A DNA stretch of 63,907 nucleotides, counting the filler, from Basidiobolus ranarum (taxonomy: Eukaryota), in the NCBI GenBank assembly GCA_040143965.1. It is 3 parts of 3 records of this genome, joined end to end, with 100 filler letters (N's around TTAATTAATTAA, not from the genome) between each part and the next. Parts side by side here need not be neighbours in the genome. Positions count along the whole stretch, not along the records: positions 1 to 21,325 come from JASJQH010000208.1; positions 21,426 to 42,735 come from JASJQH010000209.1; 1 more part is not named here. One strand, 5' to 3'. Made by a program: the position numbers and the translations under genes. Below are positions 12,835 through 25,285 of this stretch, one piece after another (the first letter of the stretch is position 1; each line of letters starts with the position of its first letter). The notes below the pieces were generated by a model that saw only the letters and a program-made list of their open reading frames with translations, was not told the origin of the DNA and did no database searches.

Positions 12835-15240
12835 ATCAAACCCACTCACAATTTTCCCTTGATTCATTCTGACCTTTGTGGGCCCATGAAAAACTTCTCA
12901 CTAGGTGGCAAAAGGTACTTTATGACCTTTATTGATGACAAAACAAGATATACTTTGTATTTTTGCAATTCAAGATCTGAAGACTTAGCTACATTCAGGC
13001 ACTGCAAAGCAATGGTAGAGAAAGAATTAGTACAAAAAATAAGTGTCCAAGCAGTGATAATGGTGGACAATACTGCTTTGTTATACACATGGAATTAAGC
13101 AACAAACTATGGTATCTGATTCTCCAATGCAAAATGGAGTTGCAGAACATGCTAATAAGACCAAACTAAAGATGGCAAGATCAATGTTACATGATCACAA
13201 GTTAGATTACCTATCTTGGGCTAAATCTGTCTCCATTGCAGTCTATATCAAAAACAGCTGCCCAACAAGATTGCTACAAGATTGCTACAAAATTCTACTC
13301 CATTTGAAGCCCTATATGGATCAAAACCAAGCTGGGATCATCCCAGAATATTTGGTTAGACAACAAATTGACTAATTCCAGCTCAAAAATGTACTAAATT
13401 GGAACCTAAAAGCAGAAAATGCAAATTTCTGGGTTCTAGTGATGGATCTAAGGCCCGCAGACTGTTTGATACCCAAAATCAGAAGTTCACTAAGTGCAAA
13501 GATGTAATTTTCTGATGAAAAAGCAAAAATTTTTACCTCAAATCACAGTTCTATATCGAGAAAACATAATCAGCACTAATCAGAGAGTGTTTGACAAATT
13601 TCCAGCTGTATCTGAACCCTATTCAACCACAATTGCAGTCCCAAATACATCAGAAAATGATTTGGACTAAGAAGATCATCCAGGAGGAGAAATAAGCCAG
13701 GAAACTGGTGAAACACTTGCAATGCTGATGTACATTCTTATGCAGCATTCTGTGATGAGCCACAGAATCAAGATGAAGCTTGGGAGTGTTGAGAATCAAA
13801 ATCCTGGGAAAAAGTAATGTCTGATGAGTTTTCTTCACTTCAGGACAATAAAACATAGGTGTTAATTCCACTACCATCAGGGAGAAAGCCAATAGGTTGC
13901 AAATGGTTCTACAAAGTGAGAAACTAAGCTGATGGAGCCATTGAAAGGTACAAACCAAGATTAGTTGTAAAAGGTTATTCACAGACTCCAGGAGTTGATT
14001 TTAATAAAAAACTTGCTTCAGTAGCTAAGCTCAACTCCATTAGTTCAATCCTGGCACTCTGGGCCATCCATAACCTTGATTTACATCTAATAGATGTAAA
14101 AAACAACCTTTCTGAATGGAAATCTAGCAGAAGAGCTCTACATGGAGCAACCAGTTGGATTTGTTGACCCAAAACATCCTGAGATGGTCTGTAAGCTGCA
14201 AAAACTGCTATATGGACTCAAGCAAGCACCCAGGGCATGGTTCCACAAGATAGCTACCTATTTGCAATCACTAGAATTCCAAAAATGCACAGCATATCAC
14301 AATATATATATTGAAACATCCAGAAATTGGATCCTTATCTTCACACTGTATATGGGTGACTTGATTGTATCCACAAATGATCTAGAAGCACTTAATCAGA
14401 CTAAAAGCAGCTTATCAAACCAATATCAGATGAATGAGAGGGGTGAATTGAGTTATTTTCTTGGAATTCAAATCAAGAGTGATGAATCCAATCAGAAAAG
14501 CATGCTGAATCAGTCTAGATACATCCTAGACATCCTGGGATGCTTCAACATGGAGAATAGCAAGCTTGTATCAACATCAATGGATCTGACTGTGCAGTTG
14601 ATCAGAATTTCATCCAACTTGGCCCAAAATGACTTAAATCAAAGCCAGGAGTTGCCTTATCAATCCATGGTGGGTAGTTTAATGTAAATAATGCTTGGAA
14701 CATGTCCAGACATTGCTGTGGCAGTGGGAACTGTCAGCTAATATCTCAAAACTCCAGGATCTGAACACAAAACTGCAGTAAAACAAATACTCAGGTATTT
14801 GAGAGGAACAGTAGGTTAAGTTCTGGAATACTCTCCCATGCTTGATGCACAGAATTTTGAATGCTATGGTGATGCATTCTGGGAAAGAAACCTTGATGAT
14901 AGAAGATCAACAACTAGGTACACTTTTCTCTATGCTAATGGATCCTTAACTTGGAATAGTAAGAAGCAACTGACCATAGCATTTTCCACTACAGAAGCAG
15001 AGGATATGGCTGCCTCTGCTGCTACACCAGAATCTATGTGGTTAAGGAAGTTATCCACAGATTTAGGATACATGCAAAAACATGCTATTACCATATTTGA
15101 AGATAATTACAGTTATATTTCATTGGGCAAAAGCCCAAACATTTCACACTAGAGCAAAACATATAGATATTTGGCATGTTGTTGTTAGCGAAGCCATAGA
15201 GAATGATATAGTTGAACTTGTCTATTGCCCTACCAAAGGA
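12835..15240 (+). mobile_element. Degenerate Ty1/copia integrase-RT-RNase H copy
   Basis: [37 protein letters not shown]...STTEAE, FEDN. Confidence 0.92.
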
Positions 15241-15244
15241 TAAT

Positions 15245-15568
15245 TATTTAGTAGTTAATTTATTCACATTCTGATTATTTAGCACTCAATTCTGCTATTC
15301 AAATATGTGTGTTTATTGCTCCAATTGATACATGTATAAATTAGATCACTTTTACCAATTCTCACCATTTTCTCAAAACTTCTCCAAATCTTCTCAAATT
15401 TTAACCCATGCTTTGCAGGCATGTTGATTATGATCTGAGCATTTCTAATAGTTCTATTTCATGGTATAATATGATTAGGGTATATATAATTCAATAAAAC
15501 TTAAATATCTAATTCATAAATCCAAATCTTATTCAAAACACTTCCAAATCCTCTAAACACCTTTTTCA
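15245..15568 (+). repeat. 3' LTR of copia (5' end truncated)
   Basis: Inverted homolog of 8838-9150; ends AAACACCTTTTTCA. Confidence 0.75.
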
Positions 15569-15574
15569 TTCAAT

Positions 15575-18500
15575 AGTAGGTGCATAGTGCCTAATGGGAA
15601 GCTCAAGCTCCAGCTGAGCCCCTTTACTAATATAATCTTAGCCTTACTGCTAATTCCAAGTTTGATGTTAGACTAACTATGTGGTGAATTGATATCAGTG
15701 TGCATGTTGAATCTGACTGAGCTCTTATTGGTAAAATTATGAGGTTTGAAGCTTTATTTGGAAAGTAGTAATGTGTTTCCCTGGAAAAGTAAACTCCAGT
15801 GACTTGACAAAGTCTACAGCAAGATAGTTCATTGTGCTTCCAAGATCCTCCAAGTATGGTGATGGCTGGAGTGTCACCAATAAAGACAATCATATTGGCT
15901 TTAAAAAAATTCACCCATCTGAACACCATCAGATAACTATTTCAATTCCACAATCAATGGCTCCAAGATGCTATCTATAAGCACTGGTGATTTAGGTGCC
16001 AATATGATGAATAGTGTCAAAATATTATGACTCTTATACTGTTTAGAAGGAGGAAGAATTAAGTTAATTAAAATTATTAGCTAGCAAGCCTTTCCAATGA
16101 AACATTTGTTTAGTGGGAAACCATCTGGAGCCAATGCAAATGCATGATCCTTCATGTTGACCAATAAACTTTGACTTTGCAGATTTAGGTAGTGCTCTCC
16201 ATCAAGTGTATTGGTAATACCATCAGCTTTATGGTGAGTGGTTCATCTAGCAGTATGTCCTCAAAGCTGTCTGGACTTTCTGGTTCAACTAAAGTTGAAT
16301 TTCTATCTAAATCACCACCAGTGAACTTGGTCAGCAAAACTGAAGTCAATTTTGTGCCCTTATTACTATTGATATTCACCAAACTCTGTGCAGATAGTGG
16401 CTTAGTACAGTGATGATGCTTGTGATTATCTTTCTATGAAGTCTTCAGCTTTTATAGCACAAGAACATTTGACAAAATTAGCAGGTCTTCTGCTAAAATT
16501 TGTGTAGTTGCATGAGAAGGATAGTGTTAAAAAAAGAGCACCTCCCATGTAAGGGTTGTATTTTAGGTATAGCCTATCAATATCCTCAGCTGCTTCAGTG
16601 ACAATGTCACATATGAGTCATCAGGGGATTTAACAAGATATTTCTAGCAATGGATGACAATTTTGGTTTAGTGTAAGCAGTTTCAAGCAACTCTATTACA
16701 ACAAGATTATTAGCTGAAAATTTCAATGCCATTTGAAAAGCATTCAAAATCAAAATTGAAATTGCCATCCAAATGCCTGCTGGTAGAAAAGGAAAAAAAA
16801 TAGCAAGAACAGAGGACTTAATTGATGAGCAGTCTAGCAATCTGATATCCACTTTGGAAGGCATTAACAATCAGAAACTAACTCAAGTAATAATGAGGTA
16901 TTAATCAACTTACCAGATGTGCTCCTTACCAGTGATAGTTCAAGCAAAGAGATTGTAATACCCCAATTATGTAGTAAGTAAATTGTTGAGCAAAGTTCAA
17001 CATAAACACCATCAACTTCCAAAATGCCTATTTTATCAACTATTCAACATCTGTCTATAAAAAATATGGAGAAAATTATTACACCAAGTGAATATCAGGC
17101 AGAGTACCATAATGATTGGTATGCCATCATAAGTAATAACTACACAGTTGCTATACAAACCATGACAAGCAAAAATGTGGCAATATTGTAATTAATAGAG
17201 TGTTCTGCAAAAAGTAGTCAGCAGTTAGAGAATTACTCAACATTAATACAAGACCTTCTGAATGCTGTACTTGAGCTATAGCAACATACAGCTCCCTCCA
17301 TCCTTTCTCATACAGGACTTCAATCAATCCTACACCATATATACTAACATCACCATGACAATCTAGCAGAGCAGAATATGTGCTGGACTATAAGGCTTAC
17401 ACAACAACCTTAAATTCCAAGCACACATGAAAGTAGAAACCTCATAGGAAAACCAGCAAACCAAAAGACTCTCAATGTCAGAGCTTCTGTCACTTGTTCT
17501 GCTGATGAGTGGCTTAATAATATGGAAACTGTGTGGAATATTGCTCAAAATCACTTTAATTTGGGCCAATTGTGGAAAAACCTAAACCTGATGAGTGGTT
17601 TAGCATTGTGGGAACTGAGAGCATCTAGCCCCAAATCACCTTGATTTGAGCCAATAGTGGAAAAACCATAAACCAGGCATTACCATGAAGGTTTTAGACT
17701 TACTTCATGTGGCTTATCCTAGGTTTTTGCAAGCAAATGGCAACAGGTTTTGTACAGCCTATTTATGAAACTTCCCAAAATTGTATTCAATTATGAACTT
17801 GGAAAAGAAAGAAATGAACCTAAGCAGTACTCAAGAAGCAGGAAGTTGGTAAACCTAAGTGAAAAGCAAAGGAGCCAGTGAATTTAGGCTCTACAGTCCA
17901 ACTTACCAACCTCCTCACACATTACAAAGATCTGTATTTCCTGAGTCAGCTATATTGGCAAAAAAGCTTAATTTCACCATGGAAACAGGTACATCAGTTG
18001 GAAGTCTGCTAAATTTGGAACTTTATCCTACATCTGGCACCTTTCAACATGCCTAAATACTAGCAATGAAAACTCATGGCTCTCCAACCTCAGCTGGTAG
18101 GTTTCAAATATTGAAATTAACCCCAAACTTAAAAGAAAGCAAAAAGCTGCACAAACACTTCAAAGAACACTCAGCAGTGTCACACTACAAGCATGTATAA
18201 AAAAAGTAAAAGTGCTTGGGGAGTATTGATCAGTGTATGAAGAGAAAAACACTGTGCAAGTATGCAGAAAGTGGCTTCAGAAGAAGAACAATCAACTTGA
18301 CATTCTGTTTTGTGTTTACTGTGCAGATATCTGGAAAGAATGTGATATTGAATGCCAGTATATTGCAGAGTATCTTCCAGATAGCTGGAAGAATGTTGGC
18401 TCAGCAACATTAATACAAAAATAGGCTAGATATTGATACAAACTTGTGTTGAGTATGAGCTAAACCTTGTGTAAGAAGAGCTCTATAATAATATTTAGAA

Positions 18501-18797
18501 GAGTATATCCAGAAATCTAAGGATCTCATAGATGACAAATCAAGTTTCAAGTGACAAATGTGTAAAATCTGAGTTGTGTCTTTTGCAAATGTGTCAATCC
18601 ACAGCACTCTGAGATTTTACCTAATCATGTGCAACTATCTTGCCAGATCTTGAAACGTCACTCATAAAACTTAAAAAATTGATTAACATCAAATCCAACT
18701 TGATAATTTTACAACAATAAGTAAATGGTCAATCCAAAATGGATTAAAATTGTGACAGTTTTCCTTTGATACCTATCCTCAAGTTTCTGATGAGGTG
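15575..18797. mobile_element. CMC-like transposon portion: minus-strand transposase N-half plus divergent plus-strand second ORF and terminus
   Basis: Minus strand IGDTPAI...CRLCQVTGVY (15627-15929); plus-strand remnants MPAGRKGKK (~16774) to HVAYPRFLQANGN (~17710); terminal segment shared with 18930-19698 and 41615-42735. Confidence 0.6.
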
Positions 18798-18929
18798 TCA
18801 GTGCTACTATATGCTATTCTGATCAACAACTAATCCACAAAATTATTGATGGATGTGATGCAATAGGTTAAGGAGACTTCAGAGTGTATTGACCTTGCAA
18901 CAAAGGTCTCATTTGCAAGTTTATCCAAC

Positions 18930-19698
18930 ACCTGACACCTCTCAGTAACCAAAACACCAGCCAATTAAACTCACAGCTCTGCAACCTCAACTGGTACATT
19001 TTAAAGTGTTGAAACTAGCCCCAAACACTAAGGCTAGCAAAAAGCCACACAAACACTGCTTAGCACCCTTAGTAGTGTCACACTAAAAGGATTTATAAAA
19101 TAGTAAAAGTTCTTGAGGAGTGTTTTCAAAAGTATGAAGAAAATCATGCAGAGCAAGTATGCAGAAACTGGCTTCAAAAGAAGAAGATTCAATATGACAT
19201 TCAGTTTGGTGTTGCCTGTGCAGATATCTGGCAAGAACTTAGTGTGGAGTGGACACAATATTGCAGGGTATCTGCAGATAGCTGGAAGAATGTTAATTCA
19301 GCAACATTAATACAATGGTGGGCTTTGATGGAGATATTAATACAAACTCATGTTGGATATGAACTAATGCTTTAGTATGAAGTGCTCTATAAAAATAATC
19401 AGGAGAATACATCAAAGAGACTAGGGATTTTGAAGGTGACAAATTAGTGTTCAAGTGGTAAATCTGCATAATATGAGTTATATTTTTTGCACATATGTTG
19501 ATCCATAGTTTTCTGAGATTGTAGCCAATCATGTGCACCTATTGTACAACATCTTAAAATATCACCCTTGAAACTGTAAATTGATTAAAACCAAATCCAA
19601 CTTGGCAATTTTATGATGAAAAGTAAACAGTCAATCTAAAATGGATTAAGTTTGTGATGGTGTATTTATGATAACAATCCTCAAACTTCTGTTAGGGG
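18930..19698 (+). repeat. Second copy of the terminal segment of the CMC-like element, ending TTCTGTTAGGGG
   Basis: Direct repeat of ~18030-18795. Confidence 0.8.
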
Positions 19699-19963
19699 TC
19701 TATGAATCTGGTTATCTACTATGATATGAGCTGATCAATACAGGTATGAGTTTTACCATAGTCAAAGCCTTTGCTCTGGTTTGCTTATATCCTTGCACAT
19801 TTTTCATGTGCTGCATAAAAGAACCCATAGTTGCCCAGTACATATTGATGCTGAGAAGCCTGGGGTAAGCAATGTGAAATGGTTCATCAATGATAACATG
19901 ACTCTGGACATCTGCCCTTTCCAGGTTTTTTTGTCAGCAACACTACCTTGGGCAAGATTTCTC

Positions 19964-21325
19964 TGTTGAAGTTTGTTGTCTTTATCATATTTGTAATCTC
20001 CATCTTTACACACCTAACTATTTCATATATCATAAATAAGTTAGTTAAAATTATTAAGTCATATATCACTTAACTGCAAATCAGAACATACATGACATAT
20101 ATATGTGAATTATGAGAGATTTAACAATTCCATATTGGAAATTTCAAAATTGTCCAAATTTCCCCAAAGATAGCTCATTTTACTCCCACAGATGTTCTGA
20201 GCACAGCCCCAGTGTTAATTTTCTGTATTTCCACCAAAAATATGAATGCTTCATTTCTGGACAATAAATAGTTATTTCTGGACAATAAACAATTACCTCA
20301 CAAAGCTATTCACAACTCCACTTTTCAAAAGTTCCTCAAACAGCCCATTTTTTCCCAATAGGTTATGAGCACCATGTTCTAAACTTCACAGCATGACAGA
20401 AACTACTACTACCACTTTCATTAACTCAAGTGTTGAAAAGCCTGATGGAAAAATTTCAATTTCTGGAAGTTCAAGTTGCAAATCATGCTGGGAGACTGGG
20501 AACTTTGGGATGTAGTCTCCGGAGATGAAAAGGAACCCTTGGACCCTCCTTTATTGGAAGCTTACAAGAAAAAAGACAAGATAGCCTTTAATGTCATTTA
20601 TTAAAGTTTGAAGGATTCACAACCAGTGAGTATTTAATATGCAAAGACTTCCCATCAAGCTTGGACTATATTGGAAGAGTATTATGTAGCAAAGGGTCTT
20701 GCTAATAGACTCTTTCTCAGGAAAAAATTCTTCAATATTAAGATGGAAAAGTCTTAAAGCATGGTTTCTCATATTGCAAATGTGAGATCTTTGGCAAAAC
20801 AACTGGAAAATATTGTTGCAACTTTACAGGAAGAAGATGTCATTATGACTCTGCTAAGTAGTCTTCCAGAACAGTATCTAAAGTTGGGCACAGATTTGGA
20901 AGCAAGACCTGACAAGTTATCTTTGGAGTTTGTTTTGGCAAGACTAATGGATCAACATGTCAGAAGTAAAAATTTGGAAAAAGAATCTGAGAAATTGGCT
21001 CTTTTTGGAGCTGGAAAACATAGCTTTGGCAAATAGAAAGGTTACAGAAGAAGGAAACCAGGTTTATGCTATGGTTATGACAAACTAAGACACTAGTTAA
21101 AAGATTGCAAATCAAGAAATTACAAAAAATGAGAAGGCAGAACAAGCAAATCAGGTTTTCAGCCAAAGAGGAAGTTTTATTCATTTCTGCTCTATAAGGG
21201 ACCACTGAACCAGACTGTGTTGAAGTTTATTGTCTTTATCATATATGTTATCCCTATCTTTATACACCTAACTATTTCATATATCACATATTAGTTAGTC
21301 AACATTATTTAGTCAAATATCACTT
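19964..21325 (+). mobile_element. Copia family 2: LTR (19964-20360), PBS, decayed gag, then second LTR start at 21218 running into the gap
   Basis: TGTTGAAGTTT..TGTCTTTATCATA repeated at 19964 and 21218; PBS GGTTATGAGC at 20361; gag FWKFKLQIML, MTLLSSLP. Confidence 0.85.
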
Positions 21326-21425
21326 NNNNNNNNNNNNNNNNNNNNNNNNNNNNNNNNNNNNNNNNNNNNTTAATTAATTAANNNNNNNNNNNNNNNNNNN
21401 NNNNNNNNNNNNNNNNNNNNNNNNN
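21326..21425. other. Artificial contig spacer (44 N + TTAATTAATTAA + 44 N)
   Basis: Six-frame stop linker flanked by Ns. Confidence 0.97.
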
Positions 21426-21427
21426 CT

Positions 21428-21676
21428 CCAGCTGGACAAACCTGTGGAACGTACGCAGCTGATTTCTTGAAAGTAGCTCCTGGTTACTTGGCTGATAACA
21501 ACACTACTGGACTCTGTAGCTATTGCCCATATACTCACGGACAAGATTTCACCGCAACTTTAGGCTGGGACTTCAGTCATCGTTGGAGAAATCTGGGTAT
21601 TACTATTGGGTTCTGGGTGTTCAACGTTTTCGTCACCCTTGCATTTATTTGGTTGTTTAGAAAAACCAAGCGTTAA
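21428..21676 (+). CDS. C-terminus of a PDR/SNQ2-type ABCG transporter (5' truncated by gap)
   Basis: PAGQTCGTYA...CSYCPY..GQDF...WRNLGI..GF.VFN extracellular loop and last TM helix. Confidence 0.88.
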   Translation, partial: PAGQTCGTYAADFLKVAPGYLADNNTTGLCSYCPYTHGQDFTATLGWDFSHRWRNLGITIGFWVFNVFVTLAFIWLFRKTKR

Positions 21677-22943
21677 TTGTTAATTATCTTCGCCTTATTG
21701 AATTATATCTTTTGCAGCTTATTCAGCAATTTCTCAGCCATATACTTAGATCCATATTAATAACCAAATCTAGACTGTTCTATTGTAAACCTTGTATTTT
21801 CTCCAATATTTCCGTACTGATAAACTGCCATTGAAGACAACTAAGTTGGGATGCTATTTTTGCAATTTAATTATATTCTACAATAGGTGTTCATCGTTGT
21901 AAGCCTAGTTAAAAACTGATATCAATTCATTCCTTTAAGAATGATTCTATTATCTCGTTTTTAGCTCATAGCTCCTTGGTAACTAGGTGTGCTATCAACC
22001 GCAACCAATACTTTACGAATTTTATATCAATTGTACCATTGTGGATACTTTACATGAATTAGTTGAAACCAGCAATACATGAACTATTTCATTTCATTCC
22101 TCAATCCTAATTGGAAGGTTAGTATCAGATATAGGAACTACTTCAAGCAATACTTGCGCACCAAGTGACACCTCTGCATATTTACTATTTAAGATCAATG
22201 ATGATGCTCTGCAAGAGTCCCTGAAGCGAACACATGAAAAGAACAATTGGAAATTCACATAACTAACAATTAGTCAAGTTTTCACGCATTTTCCCTACTT
22301 TTGTATTCATTTGGCTGCTGTAACTGCGTTCTTACTTTATATACTGAGTGCCTTTGCTCACTTGTCTACCAACGAGCTAACTTATATGATTTGGTTAAAG
22401 GGAGCTCGGTAGCTACTTGATTGCCATCACAGTTGAAGTACTTCCCATGATATTTAGTTTAGGAAGTAGGCTTCTATTCGAGTAACGTCTGGATGTCAAC
22501 AAGTATGCAGAATAGATCAGAAGTCGCTACTATCAGACGATATCATCGAAATCATACCCCTTGCGAGGCCGCTTAAACTTTGAAGCCCGCTCTAGAACGT
22601 TTAACTTGATGCTTGTTATGCTCAGCCAGAAATATAATATATAATCAAGCCCCTGAAATCTGTCTGCATATGCCAACTTAAACCTTACACCAAAAAGCAG
22701 CTAAACATAATGAGTAAATCCAAGCTAAACATTTGAGAAACTAGACCATCAATGTAGAACATAACATAATAACTCTCGTTTTGAAGTAGAAAGTCAATCG
22801 ATCCTAAATCAGAAATATTTACATATCAATTAAGTCGCAAACGTTGCACTTCAGTATTATTCAATTCACTATCTGCAGAATGCTCGCTTCTACCCTTTTA
22901 TTTCTTGGTAGGAGTAAATCTGATGCATCACGCACGCCCAGAA

Positions 22944-22984
22944 AGCCAATAGCGGGAAGGGACTACCTCGTTCGTTATAAAAGG
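22944..22984 (+). promoter_or_regulatory. CCAAT box and TATA box upstream of the small ORF at 23195
   Basis: AGCCAAT at ~22944, TATAAAAG at ~22976, followed by a pyrimidine-rich leader. Confidence 0.4.
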
Positions 22985-23194
22985 TGTCACGTCGATCTCG
23001 AATTCACTTAGTAGCCTGAGAGTTTCTTAATTCACTCTCATATTACCTTGTAGTATATCTCTTGTGTATCTGATCTCCGTAGAAATTTTATTTTCCAACG
23101 TTTTCTCCCCTTGAAATCTTCTCTACAACGTTCCAAGTACCTAAAGGCTATACCAACTTTTTCTACAGACTTACTCGCACAACCCACGTAAGAT

Positions 23195-23383
23195 ATGGAT
23201 CAACTTCGAGTCAATATTTCGGCTAGTACTGGATATATTCAACAGACATTTGCCACCCTCTTCGTCAACGAAAACATTGGGGTTATCTGTCCATTGAGTA
23301 AGCCCATTACACCAATTGTCCAAGCACGCGAAGATAAAAATCCCATTAAAGTCGCCGAATTACCCAAAATTACTAAAGTTTGA
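23195..23383 (+). CDS. Candidate 62-aa small protein
   Basis: ATG ORF downstream of CCAAT/TATA and a TTTTCTACAG acceptor-like site at ~23170; no recognised domain. Confidence 0.3.
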   Translation: MDQLRVNISASTGYIQQTFATLFVNENIGVICPLSKPITPIVQAREDKNPIKVAELPKITKV

Positions 23384-23993
23384 AAGCTATCCCGCATACC
23401 GTAGAACTATTTCTACTTTGTTTGAAGTTGGCTACAAATATAGTGGGCGCTTTTTTCTTCGAGCTCTCGCATTATTTCTTTTTACTTTTGTTCGAATGAT
23501 ATCATCAGTGTTAAAGTTAATCATCTACCTTTCTCCGCTTCACATGTGCAACTCATCTATGTTTCTAGATATTCGCTTTTCTTGTCCATGTATATTTTAA
23601 TACAAGGATGAGCCCATACCCTAGTCATCGGTCCAAGATGGTGGCTGGTATATAACTCTAAGATTATAACTCCGTCATAATATAAAACACAGAAAGGGTT
23701 CTTTTTACGATAATTCAATGCTCATAGCACGGACATGCTATGTGATATTCATCAAAACCAAATACATCAATTGCTTTGAAACTACACCTTTGTTGATTTT
23801 ATAATTTTTCGAAATAAAGATTATATTAAAAGAGGAGAGGAGAGAAGGGTGTAAAGATTATTCTAGGTTGTTGATGTTCGTCCTGGAATGCTAGAAAGCA
23901 CAAACGTAGACTGTTTTTTGTACAAACCCGAGTGGGTGATAGGAAAACCATTCGTTTAAAGAATATACATGTAATTATATTAGATGCCCAAGT

Positions 23994-24897
23994 CTAGGGA
24001 GTATATTCGAAGATCTGGTTGGCACTCAGGGCGAAATTTACTCGGGCTTTCGATGAGCTCGGCTTGGAAGATTCAAACTGGGTTACTTCGACCCTTTGTC
24101 GGCGTAATTGAGCACGCATCTCTCGAGCCTCACGTTCCTCACGAGCTCGCCACATTTTCACTTGCGATTCACGTTTGAATCTTCTCACTTGGCGTTCCAG
24201 TTGGGTTAATTTGGCCGGAAACGGATATTCTATATCTGAAATTTGATCCTCTGGGGACATCTGTGACAACGTAGTGTCTACATCTTCTATTGTCAGATCT
24301 ATAGCGAGACTTCTTGAGCTACCGCTTGTTTTCGAATATGTGATACAATTCAGTGAAGATGAGTCGTATGGCTCTGGACATTCTGGTGTCAATGCAGGGA
24401 TACTTATATCACTCTCCAAAGCTGAACCTGTGTTCTCCTCGCCTGGGTCTTGAATGTGTATTATCTCCAGCGTTTCAGTCAAAGCTTTAATCTGAGTGTT
24501 CGAAGACTGACTTAGTCAAATATTAAATTAACCTTAAAATATAAATCATTGGTATTTCCACATAAATAACAACCATACCTTCAGAGTGAATTTACCATCT
24601 TGGCGTTCCAAAAATCCATTAGGTTTTTGAATGTCGTCCATTAGAGCAGAATAAAGAGCTAGGTAGGAATTTCGACCTCTATACAGTCAGTGGGTTAGTT
24701 TTCTTTAGTCATTTAAAAGTAAGAATAATAATAATAAGTTAAAATATACGTGGTAGAAATAAGATAGTTACTTACGAAGTACGCTTTAGATCCTTTCTAG
24801 ATATATCTTGCAAAATTTCCACCACGGTCCAAAGTTTACTTGAATCGAAAGAATCTTTCATTACTTCAACCGCACATTCCACCCACGTCTTGGGCAT
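23994..24897 (-). CDS. HARE-HTH (ASXL N-terminal-like winged helix) protein with C-terminal RVxF motif, 3 exons, ~244 aa
   Basis: Exons 24897-24776, 24678-24579 and 24506-23994 join in frame via GT-AG introns: MPKTWVECAVEVMK...WTVVEILQDISRKDLKRTSGRNSYLALYSAL...FTLK; C-terminus KARVNFALSANQIFEYTP. Confidence 0.75.
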
Positions 24898-25285
24898 ATT
24901 TCCGATGAAGGATTTTCCAAACTTTCTCAAAATCGTTCAAGAATGGTAAGAGAGTTTACACAAGTAGCTTTCTACCCTTTTTGTGTATTATCAAGATGGA
25001 GATAAACACTCAAAGACATAAATAACCAAAAAAAATCGATCCAGATTTTTAATAAACCGAATATTTTGAACATGATTGAATCATATTCGGTAAACCATGT
25101 CAATGATGAATCAATATATGCGTATTTTGATATTAGTTTATTAAGAATTTTAATCACGAAAAAAAAATCGCTTCTCATAGTCGACTTTAAATAGGTAGCC
25201 AAGGTCCAACTAAAGTTCTTTGCATACAAACAACTGAGTAACTTAAATTCGTTAGAGACTTGAATATAAAAATAACCTTATAAAT

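Noticed and set aside
713-21205. Dozens of short ORFs as host genes
   Set aside because: Fragments or antisense frames of decayed transposons
21370-21381. TTAATTAATTAA palindrome (also 42780-42791)
   Set aside because: Artificial linker inside N spacers; adjacency across these gaps carries no biological meaning
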